Below are positions 48,251-63,200 of a stretch of 64,000 nucleotides of DNA, in pieces. The number at the start of each line of letters is the position of its first letter. Positions within the stretch are counted from its first letter, which is position 1. Source of the stretch: Camelus ferus (lineage: Eukaryota); NCBI RefSeq assembly GCF_009834535.1, contig NC_045696.1, forward strand, positions 1,986,001 through 2,050,000, in the 5' to 3' direction. The position numbers were made by a program, and so were the translations under genes. The notes beneath the pieces were generated by a model. The model did no database searches. It saw only the letters and a list, made by a program, of their open reading frames with translations, and was not told the origin of the DNA.

Positions 48251-51200
48251 AAAAAAAAAGAAAGCACGAGAGAATCAGATGATGACACTAAAGAAAAAAC
48301 TAATAAAACAATGCGCTGCTGCCATTCAGATTTTTCCTGGCCTTCTGCGGTCAGGCCTTCCGCATCTTTGGTTCAGAAACAGCTGGCAGGGCCACCGCCT
48401 TCTCCTAGATGGAAACAGAGGGCAGGCGTGGGCTGAGGTTTCTGAGAATCCACTCCAGGGACAGCAGAAGGAAGACAGCAAGAGGGAAGACACAGGAAGC
48501 AATCAGCAGACAAGAGAAAGGAGGAAGGGCCTGGAGCTGGGCGAGGTGTGAGCCGGCATCTCCCAGGCCCTTGACTCCATGAAGCTTAGCCTTTCCCACA
48601 AAAGATTCTCTGATGAAAATTATTTGAGAGACTGACTGCTGTCTTCAGCATCTGAGGACCTCCTAGGTAGCCATGGAGAAGTTTAAAAGCAGAAAAATAG
48701 GGAGTTTGGAGAGATTAAATAAAAACAAAGCTCTCCTTGATTTCTTTCCCCAAATGGAAGAAACAAGCAAATAAATACATTGTTTCCAGCCTAAAACAAC
48801 CAAGCCAGTCACTCACTAGTGTTTCAGCCAAGGGCCACGCCGCCTCCACTAAGCTGCTTACGGCGATTTCTACTAATTTCAGGACTTAACAAAAAGGACA
48901 GCAGCTTTGAGTTTCCCAAACGCCGTGCTGGGGGTCAAGTGTAATCAACACTTGGAAAGAAGAAGACTTCTGATCAGAGTACAGGCCATAACTAAATCTA
49001 GCATTTTGCCTTTGTAATGGAACTCTAAGCATGAAAGTGTATTTACTTACTAAATTCTCTGCAGTAGACATCAGCCAATATTTAGCTTTTATTTTTCCTA
49101 TTTTCAGATGCAGAATATTTATTAAACATGAAAATAGCAGTTACAGAAGAGCAATTATTCAGATGAACAGAAGAGCCACAGTCGCTGCCCAAAATTCCCC
49201 TGAGAGAGAAGCCGGCTCTGGGAAGGCGGGAAGGCTGGCGCTGCAGGAAGCCCGGCCGCACGGGGCTCCCTGGGAACGGGGTGGAGGGGCCCACGGACAG
49301 GAAAGCGCCCCCGCGGCCCACGCGGCCCACTCACCGGCCAGCGGCTCCACACGCAGCTGCGGCTCCTGGGAGTACACGTCGTACTGCACCGGGGGGTGGA
49401 TGTGCGGGAGCACGAAGCACACGGGGCCCAGCGAGGCGCACAGCTGCCGCAGCGTGTAGGTCCCGGGCTCCCTGGCCTGGGGGCGAGACCGAGCATCCTG
49501 GCTCAATTAAGGGAGGGCAGAGCCACAGCCTCTGCGAGGACGGCCCTCTCCCCTCCTCTCCCGCCTCTGGGCTACCAGGTCCACCCTCGGGCTGCCCCAC
49601 AGACCCCTCAGGATCTCTCGGTCAGTGGTCTTCTGCGGAACTGCGGCTTACATCTGACTCAATTTAGTAAACTTTATTTGTGGCATTCTCTTCTGAAAAG
49701 GGTCCTTAATTGAGACACTCAGCATGAAACTTAAGAATCGACTGAAAACACACGTGGCAAATAGCTGCGCTTTCTGCCGGCCAAGTCCTCTCCAGTCACG
49801 GGGACTTACAGAGCAGCCTGCACTGGAGAAAGAGCGCATCAGAGCGGCGCAGAGGCCACTGCAGCGCCATCCACGCAGCCACGAAAGGAAAGTGAAGTTC
49901 ACCGTGAAACAGCTATCTTCTTTGAAACCTCCTCATTTTAACAACTGAGGGTGTATTTTAGTAAAAGGGAAAAAGTCTAACTAAATCCAATGAGAACACA
50001 AATAATTCTCTGTTAAGAACTTCATTCAAAATTTATCTGCTGCCTTCAAATGATTTTAGTACGAAAAATTTTTCAAGACATCCACCTATTTTTCTTTCAG
50101 AAGATCAAAGCCTGGTTAGGGGACAGAGGCCTCTGAAGGACCTCCCCTCCTTCAGACAACTGTGCGAGCGCCACCCACTTCCTGACCATCTCTAAAACCA
50201 ACGGCCGGCTCAGCGCCTACCTGCGTCCGGAAGGTTATGGTATTGGCCCCTGGTTCTAGGGTCACACTGGTGCACTTCAGCACATGGGCCCCGTCCTCCA
50301 GGGCCACGCCCGTGGATGCTTCCAGAGCAGCCCCGCTCTCCTGCCTCCTCAGGAGCATGTGAACATTTTTGCATATAATCCCTGTGGTGTTCAAGGAGTT
50401 GTCAGAAGGGCTTCTCTCAAACATCTCACACAGCTCCAGCGCGGGCAGGCTGCTCTGCGGTGCAGGGCAAGGCGCAGCCTCCGTGGGAAAGCTGACCAGC
50501 CCGCCGGCCGCCCTGTGCTTGGTGAGCCACTCAGCAGTCTTCCGGTAGTTGTTCTTCTCGATGCTGAAGTGGACATGGATGGCGATCTGCTCCACCTGGA
50601 CGGGGACAGGCATCTGACTGCACACAGTTATCTCCACGGACAGAACGCCTCCCACGTGGACCACAGCGTTGGGTGGGGTGAAGCGGAGGTCTCTCAGGTG
50701 TGCAAAAGAATGCAGGGGCAGTACTATCTTGTGACCTGGGAACACAAAGGGCCATGTTTTACTTCCCAAGTCACACTTCCAGATGCCACAGAGACAGCGG
50801 GGCCTCAGTCACTGCCGGGCCGGCCGGCGTACCCTCCACTTGAGAAGCAGGACGCAATGGTGCACAAGAGATGGCTTAGCACCTCCCAACCCCATGCCAT
50901 CTTCACACACTGAGAAGAGTCACTGTGTCAAAAGCATAAACACATGCCTACATAACTCCTGAAAATCATAAAATCTGAAGAAATTAAGGTTTCTAAGTTC
51001 TCTTTTAGCAGATCCGGCAACTACAGATCAACTAACAACTCAGTTTCAAAACAAGATTTGTAAACAGTCTGATTCCTAGAGCTGTTCCAAGGAATCCCAC
51101 CACATTCCCACCCACACAAAGAAATTCACAAGTGGAGAGGCCCGAATCTCCCTGTACACCTGGACATAAGCCCAGGGTGCGCCGCCCCATCAAGGCAGCC

Positions 51201-54200
51201 ACTGGAGCGGGGAGCCAGGAGGGCAGTGAGCCGCTGGCCCACGGTCACTGTCGGGGAGGCCTGGCCGCACCCTCCACTGTCCTTTCTGCGAGCGCTGGCG
51301 CGTCTAGGAGCCCACAGGCCTCCGGGCTGACCGGGAGTATTTGCTAAATAAACACGCCTCAACCGCATGCTCTGCCAAGATGGACACTGTGACATCACAA
51401 GCCGACAGAGGACGGTCACAGGATGCTGCATCCACACAGCGATGCCACGGGCTGTAGGCAGAAGAGTGCCCCTGACCCAGCTCACACCCATGTCACACAC
51501 AGCTGACGTGGCACACGGCTCTCCCGATGGCCAGTCTATGCACAGCAGACTCTAAATGACAGACTCGTCAGTGCCATGCTGCCTGAGAAGCCGTCCAGGG
51601 GGCCCGACATGATGAAGCGCACCCCCGTGGTCTCTGATCCTCAACCCGCAGCCACCACCTCTGGAAACACTGGCTTTCAAGCAGTTAGTAACTTCTATGG
51701 ACTGAAGTGCCCCTCCCATATTATTAAGTTTGGAGGTGGGGCCGCTGGGAGACAGTCAGGTTTAGAGGAGGCCATGAGGGACTCCTGCCCTCCTGCGAGG
51801 AGGCAGCAGAGAGCCCCCTCTCTAAGTCTCTCCACCTCTCCTCCCACCTCCCATCCCCTCCCCCCTCCCCGCTCCTTGTCATGAAGGACAAACCAGGAAG
51901 AGAGGCCTCACCAGGAGCCAGCCCTGCTGGCACCCTGACCTCAGACGCCAGCCTCCAGAACTGTGAGGAGAGGGCCGTCCGCTCTTCCAGCGCCCACTCT
52001 GTGGCGCTTGGTCGCAGCGGCCGGAGCTGAGGCGGCAGCTGCTCTGAACAAACGCTCCTGATAAAGCAGACAGGAGGGGCTCGGCATCGCGATGAACCTC
52101 GCCCGCCGTGCAGCAGCATCTGTGTCTGCTGCGACGACTGGCCGGGCTCTGCCCTTCAGACCTGCCTTCCTGACAGGCACCCCAAAAGGAAACACTCAGC
52201 AAACTTCAGAAGCTGGGACAGCCTAGGAGACACTGGCTCGATGTCTCTAACAGGTCGGCGTCTTACAGCCCAGATGTCGCACACCGATGAAAGGAGCAGT
52301 GTGGCCCAGCCACACAGCAGAATAGTCACGAGAAGGGACGGAATACTGACACAAGCCACTACGCAGGCAGATCCCGAAAACACTGCTGCGCGAAGGAAGC
52401 CAGGCACAAAACCCACAAACTGTGTGATTCCACTTACATGAAATGTCCAGAGCCGGCATCTACAGAGACAGAAAGTAGACCGGTGGTTCCCAGGGACTGG
52501 GGGGTGGGGGGAGGGCAGAAGGCAGCTGGGTGGATGTAAGTATGGGGTTTCTTTCGGGGTGATAAAAATGTTCTAAAACCGACTGTGGTGACGGCCGCAC
52601 ATCTCTGTGATACACCAAAGCCACTGAACTGTGCCCTGCAAACAGGTGAATTACAGGAAATGTGAATTCCCTCTCAATAAAGCTGTTATGTTTAAAAAGG
52701 TCAGAGCCTTGAGAAAAGGGAGAAAAGGAGACAGGGAAGAGGCGCTCCGTGTTAGAGGAGAGCTGAGATGTAATCCATGCGGTGCGTGACCCTGGTCAAG
52801 CGGGGAGAGGCCGGCCATTCTAACACAAAACAAAGCATGAAAACATGTTTTGAGACAATGAGGGAGACTGGAAGGGGGGCCACTTGGTGCCCAAGTCAGG
52901 ACCTTGTCTGCTCCCTGGGCAGGGTGGCTGGGGGACCGCCCTTGTTTTCAGAAGATGCTAAACTGCCTCAGGGTGAAGAGGTACCCGAGGTCTGGAGTGG
53001 CTCTGACGTCCGGCAAAAAGGAGAAAGTAAGAAGAAAGGAATACCCAACGCCCGTTCCCTACACAGCGGAACGTCAACAACTGCCGAGCCTAAGTGGCCA
53101 GCACACGTCACATACACGTTGCGTTACTCTTTCTACTTCTCCACAAAATGTGAAATGTCTCACACGACAGTTGTGAACCTGCGCCTCACCTGGGCTGTCC
53201 GTCTGCCGGCCGGCAAAGCTGAGTATCTCCCTGCAGAAGGACTCCCGCTCCTCCTCGGTCAGGTGACAGTCGCTGGCTAAGAGGCTGCTGGTCTGCAGGT
53301 AGCTGAGCGGACAGTCAAGGGGCCTGAGAGGACCCCACGCTGCGGGAGCCGCGCGCAGCCCCCACTGCCCCGGCGCGGCCTGCCAGGCAGCCCTGCTCTA
53401 GGTTACGAGGTCAGACCTAATGACGGGGCGTCATCTGCTACCCATCAAGGCCCGTGCGTCAAGGCAGCTTTTCTCTCCTAACTATCAGGTACTTATCAAG
53501 CACTCGGCCGTGGGCACTGCCACCGTGCAGACGGAAAGTGACTTTCCCATTTCACGACCGTGTTCAACTTAAAGGATACTTCTCAATTTGTCCGAGGCGC
53601 TTTTGACATTCGGCTAGCTGCTTCCTTGTGTGCGTGACAGGCAGGGCCCAGCCCTCAGCCAGGTAATTCTTCAGCGCTCCCTGAAGATAGACTTCTGCCT
53701 TTTGTGGGGACTTCTTCCTCCTTGCAAATCAACACACAGAAGCTTTCATTATGAGTCATAAAAAGCGCCAGACTCAGACACAGCCCTCCGTGCCTCTCCC
53801 TCCTCCGCCCTTCACAGCCTGCGCAGACACAGGTGAGCAGTCCCCTGTATGGGACAGAACGTGAAAGCAGGACACATGGCGCGGTCTGGGAAGTGCGCTC
53901 AGGGTGCGGGCCCGCACGCCGTCTGCCCAGCATCACACGTCAGTCAGAGAGCTTTCGGATCTGAGCCTTCAGACAAGAAAGTGAGGGCACCACTCACTAT
54001 TTCACGCTGACTCAGGAACACCCAGCGTAAAAGAAGGTGAAGAGTTTGTCCACAGGTGCACAACTAGTTATGGAGGGAGCCACGGACTCGGGGCTCGGTG
54101 CCACGCCCCACACAAGGAGACACAGGGCAGCTTGTGTGGACCCACTGAGACATGAGTCAGGGTTGCCTCCGAGACCCACAAATAGCACTGAGCAGGTTTA

Positions 54201-57200
54201 TTTACAGAGAACCATGAAGAATTTAAACAGCAACACATTCCACCCAAAAGATCTTCCCTGTCCCAATTTACACCCTGAAGATGTTCAGGATAAAACAAAG
54301 TTTAACACAGTTAATGAGCACTTTCCAAAGCTTCAGCAACAATACGGATCCCCTGGCCTTTCCCAAAAGTACCAAAGAAACTTCCAGGGCCAACAGGCGC
54401 GGGGCTACAGAGGTCAACACTAAGCAGCCCTCGCTCGCCAGGCGTCCCAGGAAACAGCCAGTCTTCATGACCTTACTCTGGAAGGAACGAGCGTTCCCAC
54501 ATTCTCAAATGCACTTCAAACCTATCAAATTACATGCATGGATTTTTCTAGACTTCCACGGCCCTCTCCCACCCCTATCTTTAAAAGGGTCACTGCCTCT
54601 TTGGTTACCATCTCTAGCCAAAGACTCTTATGTTCCAGAGCTGGAAGGGAGACCCTCTGTCATCCAGCCCCTGGAGGCACAGGCCGAGGGGCACCCAGCC
54701 AGTCTGTGGTCAGGCTGGAAGCAGGGCCCAGGTCTCCCTAGCAGGCCAGTGCCCTCGCAGCACAGTCCAAGCCTCGGGTGGGCTCAACTCCCAGCACCTG
54801 AGGGTGTGGCTTCTTTGCTCTGTTAGCTAATAACCGCTCCTCAGCTGCACCTGGTGGGGGCTCAGGAGAGCCCGGCTCCAGCCCCGACATTGATTAGCTG
54901 TGTGGCTGGCTACCCGCTCCAACCACATCTAGAAAACGAGGAAGGTCACTTAGAGGACCTACCTCTTCACAGGCCCCTCGATCATTTAAAATAAATGATT
55001 CTTTCTTGCTCCACCTAGTGAAATTACTTTACTAATTATAGACTTCATTTCAAACACACATTTCTTCTAAGAAAACCTAAACATCTCTCCCTCACAATTT
55101 CTCTCCCTTCCCAGTGCTTTGAAACAGCAGTTACACTGCCAGCCAGATTCTGCTCTTTGACAGGCTGATTTCATCAAACACACGAGAAACAGGCCAAGCT
55201 CTGAGTCTCTTCTCTGGAACCCAACTGTAAAGCGGGAGCCAGACTGGAAATGTTCACAGTGCCTGGACCCAGTGGCTGCCCGTCAGTCACAGCTCAGCCC
55301 TGGCGCTCGCCTGGTCACACACGTGCTTCCCATCACTGACCTCGAGGCTGTCCATCCTCCTGGGAGGCGTGTGACAGAAACCAGACAGAGTGCTACAGAG
55401 CAACACGTGAGAATCCATGACACACATGACTTGCCATTGGGTGTGGATTCATACGTGTTGTCTCACAGCTCTTTAGATTTCATAATAACACTACATTTTA
55501 CTGCAGATAATATTATATATATCTTACCTACATATATGAGATTATGTAAGTTCACTAAGTTAATAAAAGAAGCAGATCAGTAACAACTATTCAGGGTAAT
55601 AAGCTGAACTCTCTGGCTTTCAAAAGAAATTTTCTTTGAAAATGATGATGACTGGTGAACAGTTTACATTTTTCATTTTAAAAGTTACGTACACTTCGTG
55701 TTTCCTCCCACATAGAAAACCTCTCACCATACATGTGAAATGTCTGAAATTCAAGTTAAAGTTCAAATTCAATTACATGTAAAACTCTGCCAGATCCTTT
55801 CCAATGAACTTAGCAGATCGAATCCTCCCGATGCTCGTATACATTTCAATGGTAGCATGGGACAAGTCCTGTGGGAAAGAAAAAGCAAGTAATTCTGGAA
55901 TTTTAATGCTAGACAAAACTTACATTTATTTACCCAAAGCTAAAGCAAAAGACTTTGTCACTAATATTTTACTTTGCATCTATTTTTGCATTGAGTTTTT
56001 ATGTGATAGTGATTTATACAAAGTCATTAACTTGTATATAAATTATGAAGCATGATAATAAAAGAAATATGAACTCAGCAGCACAGAATATTCACTTTTT
56101 TCAAAGTATTTTCCGTATGTGGGTAACATTTTGATATTTTTCTCACATTGTGGATAACAGAGATAAAATTACAGACTACTGTCAGATGCTCTTGAGTTTT
56201 CCATGACGTGAGAAAGCAAATGGTTCGCCGCGCCTCCACTGCACTGCTCTCTAAGCTCTCCCAAATTCAAGTCCTTTGAAACCAGGCACAACAGCTCTGC
56301 TCAGGTTCAGATTATTCCTCTGCACACAGAAAACCATTTACTGTCCTTTCTTACAATTTCCGTTCTACTGAATAGCAGTACCACTGTGAACAAGATTATG
56401 AACATCCAGAGATGCTTTATGCCTAATTACGGTACCATGGATACTAAGAAGCAACGATCCTTTCTGGTCTGATCTAATGAAACTGCTAATTACAGATTTC
56501 ATCCGCAACTCCCTAGGGTACCAAAGAAACTTATAAGGCCAACAAGAGGGGGTTCCCAAACACCAGCTTATTACCAATTCAAAAGCTCATGTACCAGCAA
56601 AGTCTCAGGGAGACGGGCTGTCTGCCACGGGTGGGCAGGGAACATCTGTAATACTTACTAAGTAGTGTTTTTCAAAAGCTTCTACTGATGACAATGCTTC
56701 TTTGAGTTTCTTATAAGGACTCTGAGCTGTGTTGGCTTAAAGAGAAAGAAATGAGTCCTGTTTCAGCACCATCATGCCCATCATGTGTGTTTTACATTCA
56801 GCCCCAAATGCCACAGGTAGAGGACTCCACCTGATGCTTGTGGAGATCACAGACACCCATGCCAGCTGGAGCTGTGTCACCACTCACATCCGTGTCCAGG
56901 TAATATATTCACAAAATAGTCTCAACCCTTCACGTAATACTTTTATCTTTGAGACTAGAATTTTTTTAAGTATGTATTACAAATCCTCCAAAGAACTGAA
57001 TTACTTCCAAAGTGATGTGAAGCGATCCCAAGCTGAAACAGTATAATTAATACACATGTAACACATTTTCCCTAACAAACCTACTCAATTCAGTAGGAGT
57101 CCTTTCAGGTCACTAGGATTTCTGTACTTAAGCAGCAGCTTTGCTAAACCACACTCTTCTCTATGTTCGTACCAAGAAAAATTAGTCATGCTCAAGTGCT

Positions 57201-60200
57201 TTATTACCTAGGAGTAATTTACTGAATAAAAGGATCTGTCTGGCCATATAGTTAAAAAAAAATACATCACCTGTAGTTCAGAGGGAGACTGGTGCGTTTA
57301 AACCTCACGTGGGCTGTGAAAAGTCACAGGGAGCTCACTTAAGCCTGTGGGAAACTCAGGCACGTTTTTAAGAGTCCCTCCAATTTCTTAAACTATTTCT
57401 AACATTTCTTTATGTTACTAAAAGGTAAAATACTCCATGCATTAATCTGGCCAGCTAACAATGAGTACGATTTCCCAAGCGGTGAGTAGCTACCTTGCCA
57501 GAACCTAAGTCATACACGCCCAGTTACAGCCGACGTTCTCAGTACTTTCCACCGCGTGCACAGGAACATCCCAGAAGGTACCTGTTTCTGGTCGCTCGGC
57601 TCCCAAGCCCGCCAAAAGGTCAACTGTCCTGTTGAGGTCTTCTGAGTTAGGGCCCTTCTCAGACACAAGCCCACACAGGTAGCCCAAGGACTTCAGCTGT
57701 TGAGATAAACACAAACGTTCACTGACTTTGCCCTAAGAGTCAGCAGAGGATTTATAAATTGCAATGCAAAAATAAAATCCAAACTAAATCCTGGAAGAAA
57801 TGTCGCTTTCCTACCCACATAACTCTCACTTGAATACAAAAATGCACCTCACTGGGGCTGCTTCACACTCAAACCTCCTAAGCATGGTAACTCTGAGTCA
57901 CCCTGAGGTGGCCGCTCCCAGCCCACGCCTCCCCCCAGGCTTTCAGGGTCTCCCACACCGCTTGCCCCACACAACCCCCTCCCCAGGGTCTCCCACGCTG
58001 CCTGCCCCACGCGACCCCCCCAGCAGGCCTTCCTGCGGCACGTGGGGCAGCCACCACCTGATTAAGCAGAGGCCACTCCACGCTACAGGAGGCTTCACAC
58101 TTCGCCCTGTGGTGGCCCCCACCCCGTTCCTGAGTCCTGCCTTCGGCACAAGCACAGCACTGACCCCGGCTGAATCCAGTGACACTCACGGGGAACCACT
58201 TGGTCCAGCTGCTGCCAGACACGCCCTAAAGCAACTAGACCCGCCCGAGGCTAAGTGACCAACACGCTCCCCACAGCTCACCCCGCCCCGGAGGCACAGC
58301 CCAGGGACACAGCTCACGTCTGCACGCTGGCAGTTACCTTCTCGGTGGCGTAGCTCCACAAACCCACGGTGTGGGCAATGTTGGAGTCTATCTGCACCCG
58401 GTCACAGCAACCTTCGATCCTCTGCAGCACCTCCAGACAGCTCAGGAACACCCAGCAGTCCAGAGCGCCGGGCGGGACGGAGACCTGGGGGCAGCGCGGG
58501 CGTGAGGACAGCGCTCGGGGAAAGGGCCCGAGCCCGCGCGCCCTCGTCTGCCCCGTCCAGCAGCAGCCCCAGCCCTGGGAGAGCGCCGGGCGGGGGGGGG
58601 GGGGGGACGCCCCATGCCCAGACGTGCTGTCTGGGTCATGCTCCTGATGACCACGTTGACTCAGCACCAGTGTCACTTTCAACGATAGATTTTAAACGCT
58701 TGTTAAGAAAAGAAGCCTACAAAAAGGCTGACTAACATCCCTCACTCTAAGGTCGAAAACCGACCACCTCTCAGGTTAGGGGCACGTAAGGTGAAGGCGG
58801 AGCTAAGATCTCGGGTGGCCGCTGGGTCACATGTCAGAAGGGGCATGTTCAACACTAGAAATCTGAATAGTAAGTAGATAGTAGATGATATTTAAGAATT
58901 ACCATTAATTCTTAGGTGTAATTATGTGTGTAAAAGAGAGCTCCCGTTGCTCAGAGACGTGATAGAGTAAGTGTCGTATTGGCAGAACCTCAAAAGCACC
59001 AGCCCCACAGGCCCGGCTCTAAGACGGGCCCCCCCACGTCTCAGCGTCTCCGACACAGGACTGTGTCTCACAGCCAATGGCACCTGAACGCTTCTAGCTG
59101 GCAGTGCTGCCTGTCTCCCTGGTGGCACTGATATCATGAGGTACCCCATACTGTACCCCAGTTTTGGTGAGATTATGGTCATTGGTACTATTCCAAACGG
59201 GGACACAGTGGTGATGCTGTAGCTGGCGACAAGTGAGAAGCTACCTGATGCCGACGAGATGGACTTATGTAAGGACTCCCTCAACAGCACACCCTGAGCA
59301 CAGATAAAAGGACCTGGAACCAAATGTAAAGAACCAGAGAATGCCATGAAATGTCCCTATAAACGCTGAACTGGCCAGTCTTTGAAAAATGAGATAAACT
59401 ACTTAGGTCCTTTGAGAAGAAAACTCAGTATAAAAAAAAACGTATGTGATCAGAAGCTACTTTCAGAAAGTGGTACAACTTTCTTGCCCGGACAATGGGC
59501 CGCACTCGAAGGGAGGCACAGGAGCTGGTGGGAAGGCTGCAGCCCGGGGCCCCGGTCGGAGCACGTCCCTCCGCCAGTCACACCAGGGCGGGCACCGCCT
59601 GGCATGCAGCCCTGGAGGAAGCAAACACCGCAACAAACACACGAGGCTGCCAAGCGGCCCACGTGGTCTCACCCAGGAGCCACCCGTCTGTAGACAGTGG
59701 CGGTGCACGTCCCTCTGAAAGCCACCCAAACCTGACAGAGAGAAGCCACTGCCCACCGCGGGCCAAGCACCAGAAGAGCTCGCAGCTCCGCCGCCCCGTT
59801 CGGCACCGGCGGTGCCCTCAGCGTCTCTGGACGACTCACACGCCCTGATGAGAAGGATGCCGACTGAGCACCTTTCCAGACTTCTGGGTCGCCTGATCAC
59901 CTCTTTTGTGAGCAATACACTTTAAAAACTAATTTCTTAGTAGGTATTCTTCAGTCTTCTTAAAGCCTCCTCCTCTTCTGATACCAGCATTACCAGTAAC
60001 AGCAAAGCTGTTTTACTGTTTTCTAAGCCTAAAATTAAAGGCATTCTTATCATTCTCTTTTGTGAAACCTACTTTTTTTACGTAACACAAACGCTAAAAA
60101 ACCTGCATCCTAAGTGAACCCCAAAGTGGCCCCCCTCGCTGGTCACAGGTGCAGTCGCCCCCCAGCTCCCTGCCAGCCGCCGTCCCCTGCATGGAGCCAC

Positions 60201-63200
60201 CACCGGCCAGACGCCTCCCAACAGACCACTTCTGCTTAATCTTGAACTCTGCACACACGAAACAAAATGCAGGGTCCTTTGGTGCCAGAACTTTACATTT
60301 GGAAGACTCGCCCACCACAAGTGCGCTGCTGCCACTGCTGGGTGCTCGTCTGCTGCCTGAACAGCCGCGGCCACTGCTCCCCTTGCACGTGATGGACATT
60401 TGGGTTATTTCCAGTTTCTAGTGATCATGAACAATGCTGCCACGAGCGCCTCTGCGCTGTCTCCAGGCACACCTGTGTTTCTGTGACTTGGGGTGAAACT
60501 GCCGGCTCACAGGGCGTGCACACATTTGGCTCAACCCCATTCGCCTCGAGAAAGGCGCTCCGGTTCCTCCACCAGCTCACTGACCCTTGTCAGGCCTTTC
60601 CCTGCTGGCCACTCCGGGCGGGGGTGCTGGCACGTCACCGTGGTTTCAGCCTGCGTCTCACTAGGGTCAACGAGGCTGAGCGCCCTGCACACGCTTCCTG
60701 CCCACCTGGATACCTTCTTCTGTCTGTTTTCCACCGATGCGTCAGTCTTTTAAGCTGGTCTGCAGGACTTGTTGACATATTCTGGGTGGAGGCCTCTCGA
60801 CTCCACAGCCTGCGGGCCCTCTCTCCCACCCGGGCTGCCCTCCCACCCACTCTGCCGCATCTACTGACGAAGGGGCGCTTGGGTTTCCCCACAGCCCAGC
60901 CTCTCCTGCCCTGCCTTCCCGGTTAGCGCTTTTCAGTCCTGTCTAAGGCGCACCTGCTAACCCCAAGGTCATGAAGATATTCTCCCATATTACCTTTCAG
61001 AAGCTTTCCTGTTTTGCCTTTCATATTTAGACTAAAACTCCACCTGGAGTTCATTGTGTATGGTGTGAGACAGATATTCAGTTGACTCAGAACCATTTAT
61101 TCCTTGAGTAAATTTTTTTTACTGTTTATTCAGAATCTACCCCAACCACCTTAGTTTGGACCTCACCCTTCTCCCTAGATTATGGCAGAAGTCTCTCCCT
61201 CTTCCCTGGGCCTCCGTCCAAGTCTTTGCTTCTCTCTGCCCCCCACCCCCCAGGTCCTCACGCCTTTCGTGGCACCCCACCTGCAAAGCCAACGATGGCT
61301 CCCTACTAGCTACAGAACAAAATCCAACTTTCAAGATGACACTTTCACAATCTCCCTTCAGAATCTGGCTTCCAGTAGCCTCTGTCCAAGTCCTCCCTTT
61401 CCACCTAAGTTCTAGCAGGACTAAGTTCCTCTAGAGCTCTTTAAATACAAGTTACTTTTCTCTGCCTGAAACGCATTCTCTCTGCACCTGCCACTGAAGC
61501 CACATCTACCTGGGGATTCTGACTTGGTCTACTTGTTCCACTAAAATGAAAGCTCCACAGTGTGGCGAGTGGGGAGCCCTCCACTCGGGGAGACAGTGAT
61601 GATAAGGACCACGTCACTCAGCAAAGGGAGGCGCGGGGAAGTAGCACCCTGACGCGAGGGGCACAGAGCACACGGCTCATCTCCAGCCACGCCGGGGGAC
61701 GAGCGCCTAGACCCAGCCCGCCGCCCCCCCACCAGCCACGGGCATCTCCGGGCATCCCGGGCCCCGGGGCCCATCACCTCCCCGGAGGTTCTCTTTCTAG
61801 CCCAAAGGCTGACCCATTCCAGCTACTTCTACAGAACTCGGGACACGGGCCGCGCTGGGCAGTGGGCGAGCGGGAAACCATGCGTCTTCCCTGTGGCCAC
61901 CGCACCGTGCCCACACACAGAATGAGAGGAGCAACGGCAGCAGGGACCCCGGAGGAAAAGGCATCACCACTCCCGCACCACACAGGCTGCCCCTAGCCGG
62001 CCTCCCACGTCCACTCTCCTGGCTTCACGCCGCCTGCCCAGGAGCGGTGTGTCCCGAGGCCACGGCTCCTCCCGCCCAGCTTCCGGATGCCGGGGGGCTC
62101 CTTCCTTGCCCGGAGAGCCCGGCCTCTCACCGCGTCCTCTCCTCTCCTCTCTGCAGCCTGGCAGCCCCACTACTAGTCAACTTTCTAAGGCAAGAAAAAA
62201 AAATCTGAAAAAGGTTCTTAAATCCTCAAATTTGTGAGGAGCTGGGCCCGGCACTAAAGAGACCGGCTCCACACCACCCTCCACGGTTTCCCACGCCTGC
62301 CCCAAGCTGCGTCCTTCCTAAGACACCCCCCTGGGGTCAATTTGAAAGTGCCCAGTGTGAACAGTGAAATCTCTAGGCACCCCCGAACACAGGCAGCCTT
62401 GCCCTGTTAATGAGACCTGCCCCCTCCCCAGTTAGCACGGAGAGAGCGGAGCAGCTAAAGCAGGTGATCGAAATCTACTGGCTGGAAAATGTTGTTTCTC
62501 CTCATGTGCTTGATCAGATGTCCGAGGAAGAAAAATAATTTGATAAAAAGTCAGATTCTCAATTTTTTGACTCAGCTACGCAAGACACTTCATTTTTAGA
62601 CATTAAAATAATTTCTCTTCACTTGGGTTTTTAGAAGCGTTTACGTCTCCTCAGAGTCGAGCCTGTTACTTAGCTGTCCAGGGAACACACAGCAGGAGTT
62701 TCTAAATTGTGCAGACCCTCCCTACCGCTGCTCACACTGGGCCTCCCGTAACTGCCGCTGGCAGCCAGGAGTGGAGGGCGGCAGGGTGACCTGGCTCAGG
62801 GACGGCTGTGTTACTGGTAGGCCGTCTAACCACTTCCAGACCCACTGTCCCCGTTTGCACAGTGGCATTAGACCATTCGCACAGTTCTCAGCCGGGGAAC
62901 GGGGCGGGGCTGCCTGTGAGTCCTGCGAAATGGCACAAGACACTCCGTGTGCACGTTCCGTGTGTAACACTTTGTATATTCTTCTGGGTAAAGAGGTCAC
63001 TGAAATAAAAAAGCTGAGAGCCCCCAGACCGGACAGGCACAGAAGCTCGCTGGCCTCACTAAGTGTGCCTGAGCCTACGGGCAGGAAAAGAGTTCAGCAG
63101 CACGGGGGGTGGCGCTCTTTAAAGGCAAGTATTTCACTACAAATAAACTGCTTCAGGCCTCACTAACTCGCTTCTCTCACCCACACGTGCACACACGTGT

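Noticed and set aside
59120..59440. Coding-looking segment ending in an A-run (possible retrocopy or DNA-transposon remnant)
   Set aside because: Stops in the plus-strand frames I translated, no parent gene I can identify and no TSD; needs BLASTX/Dfam.
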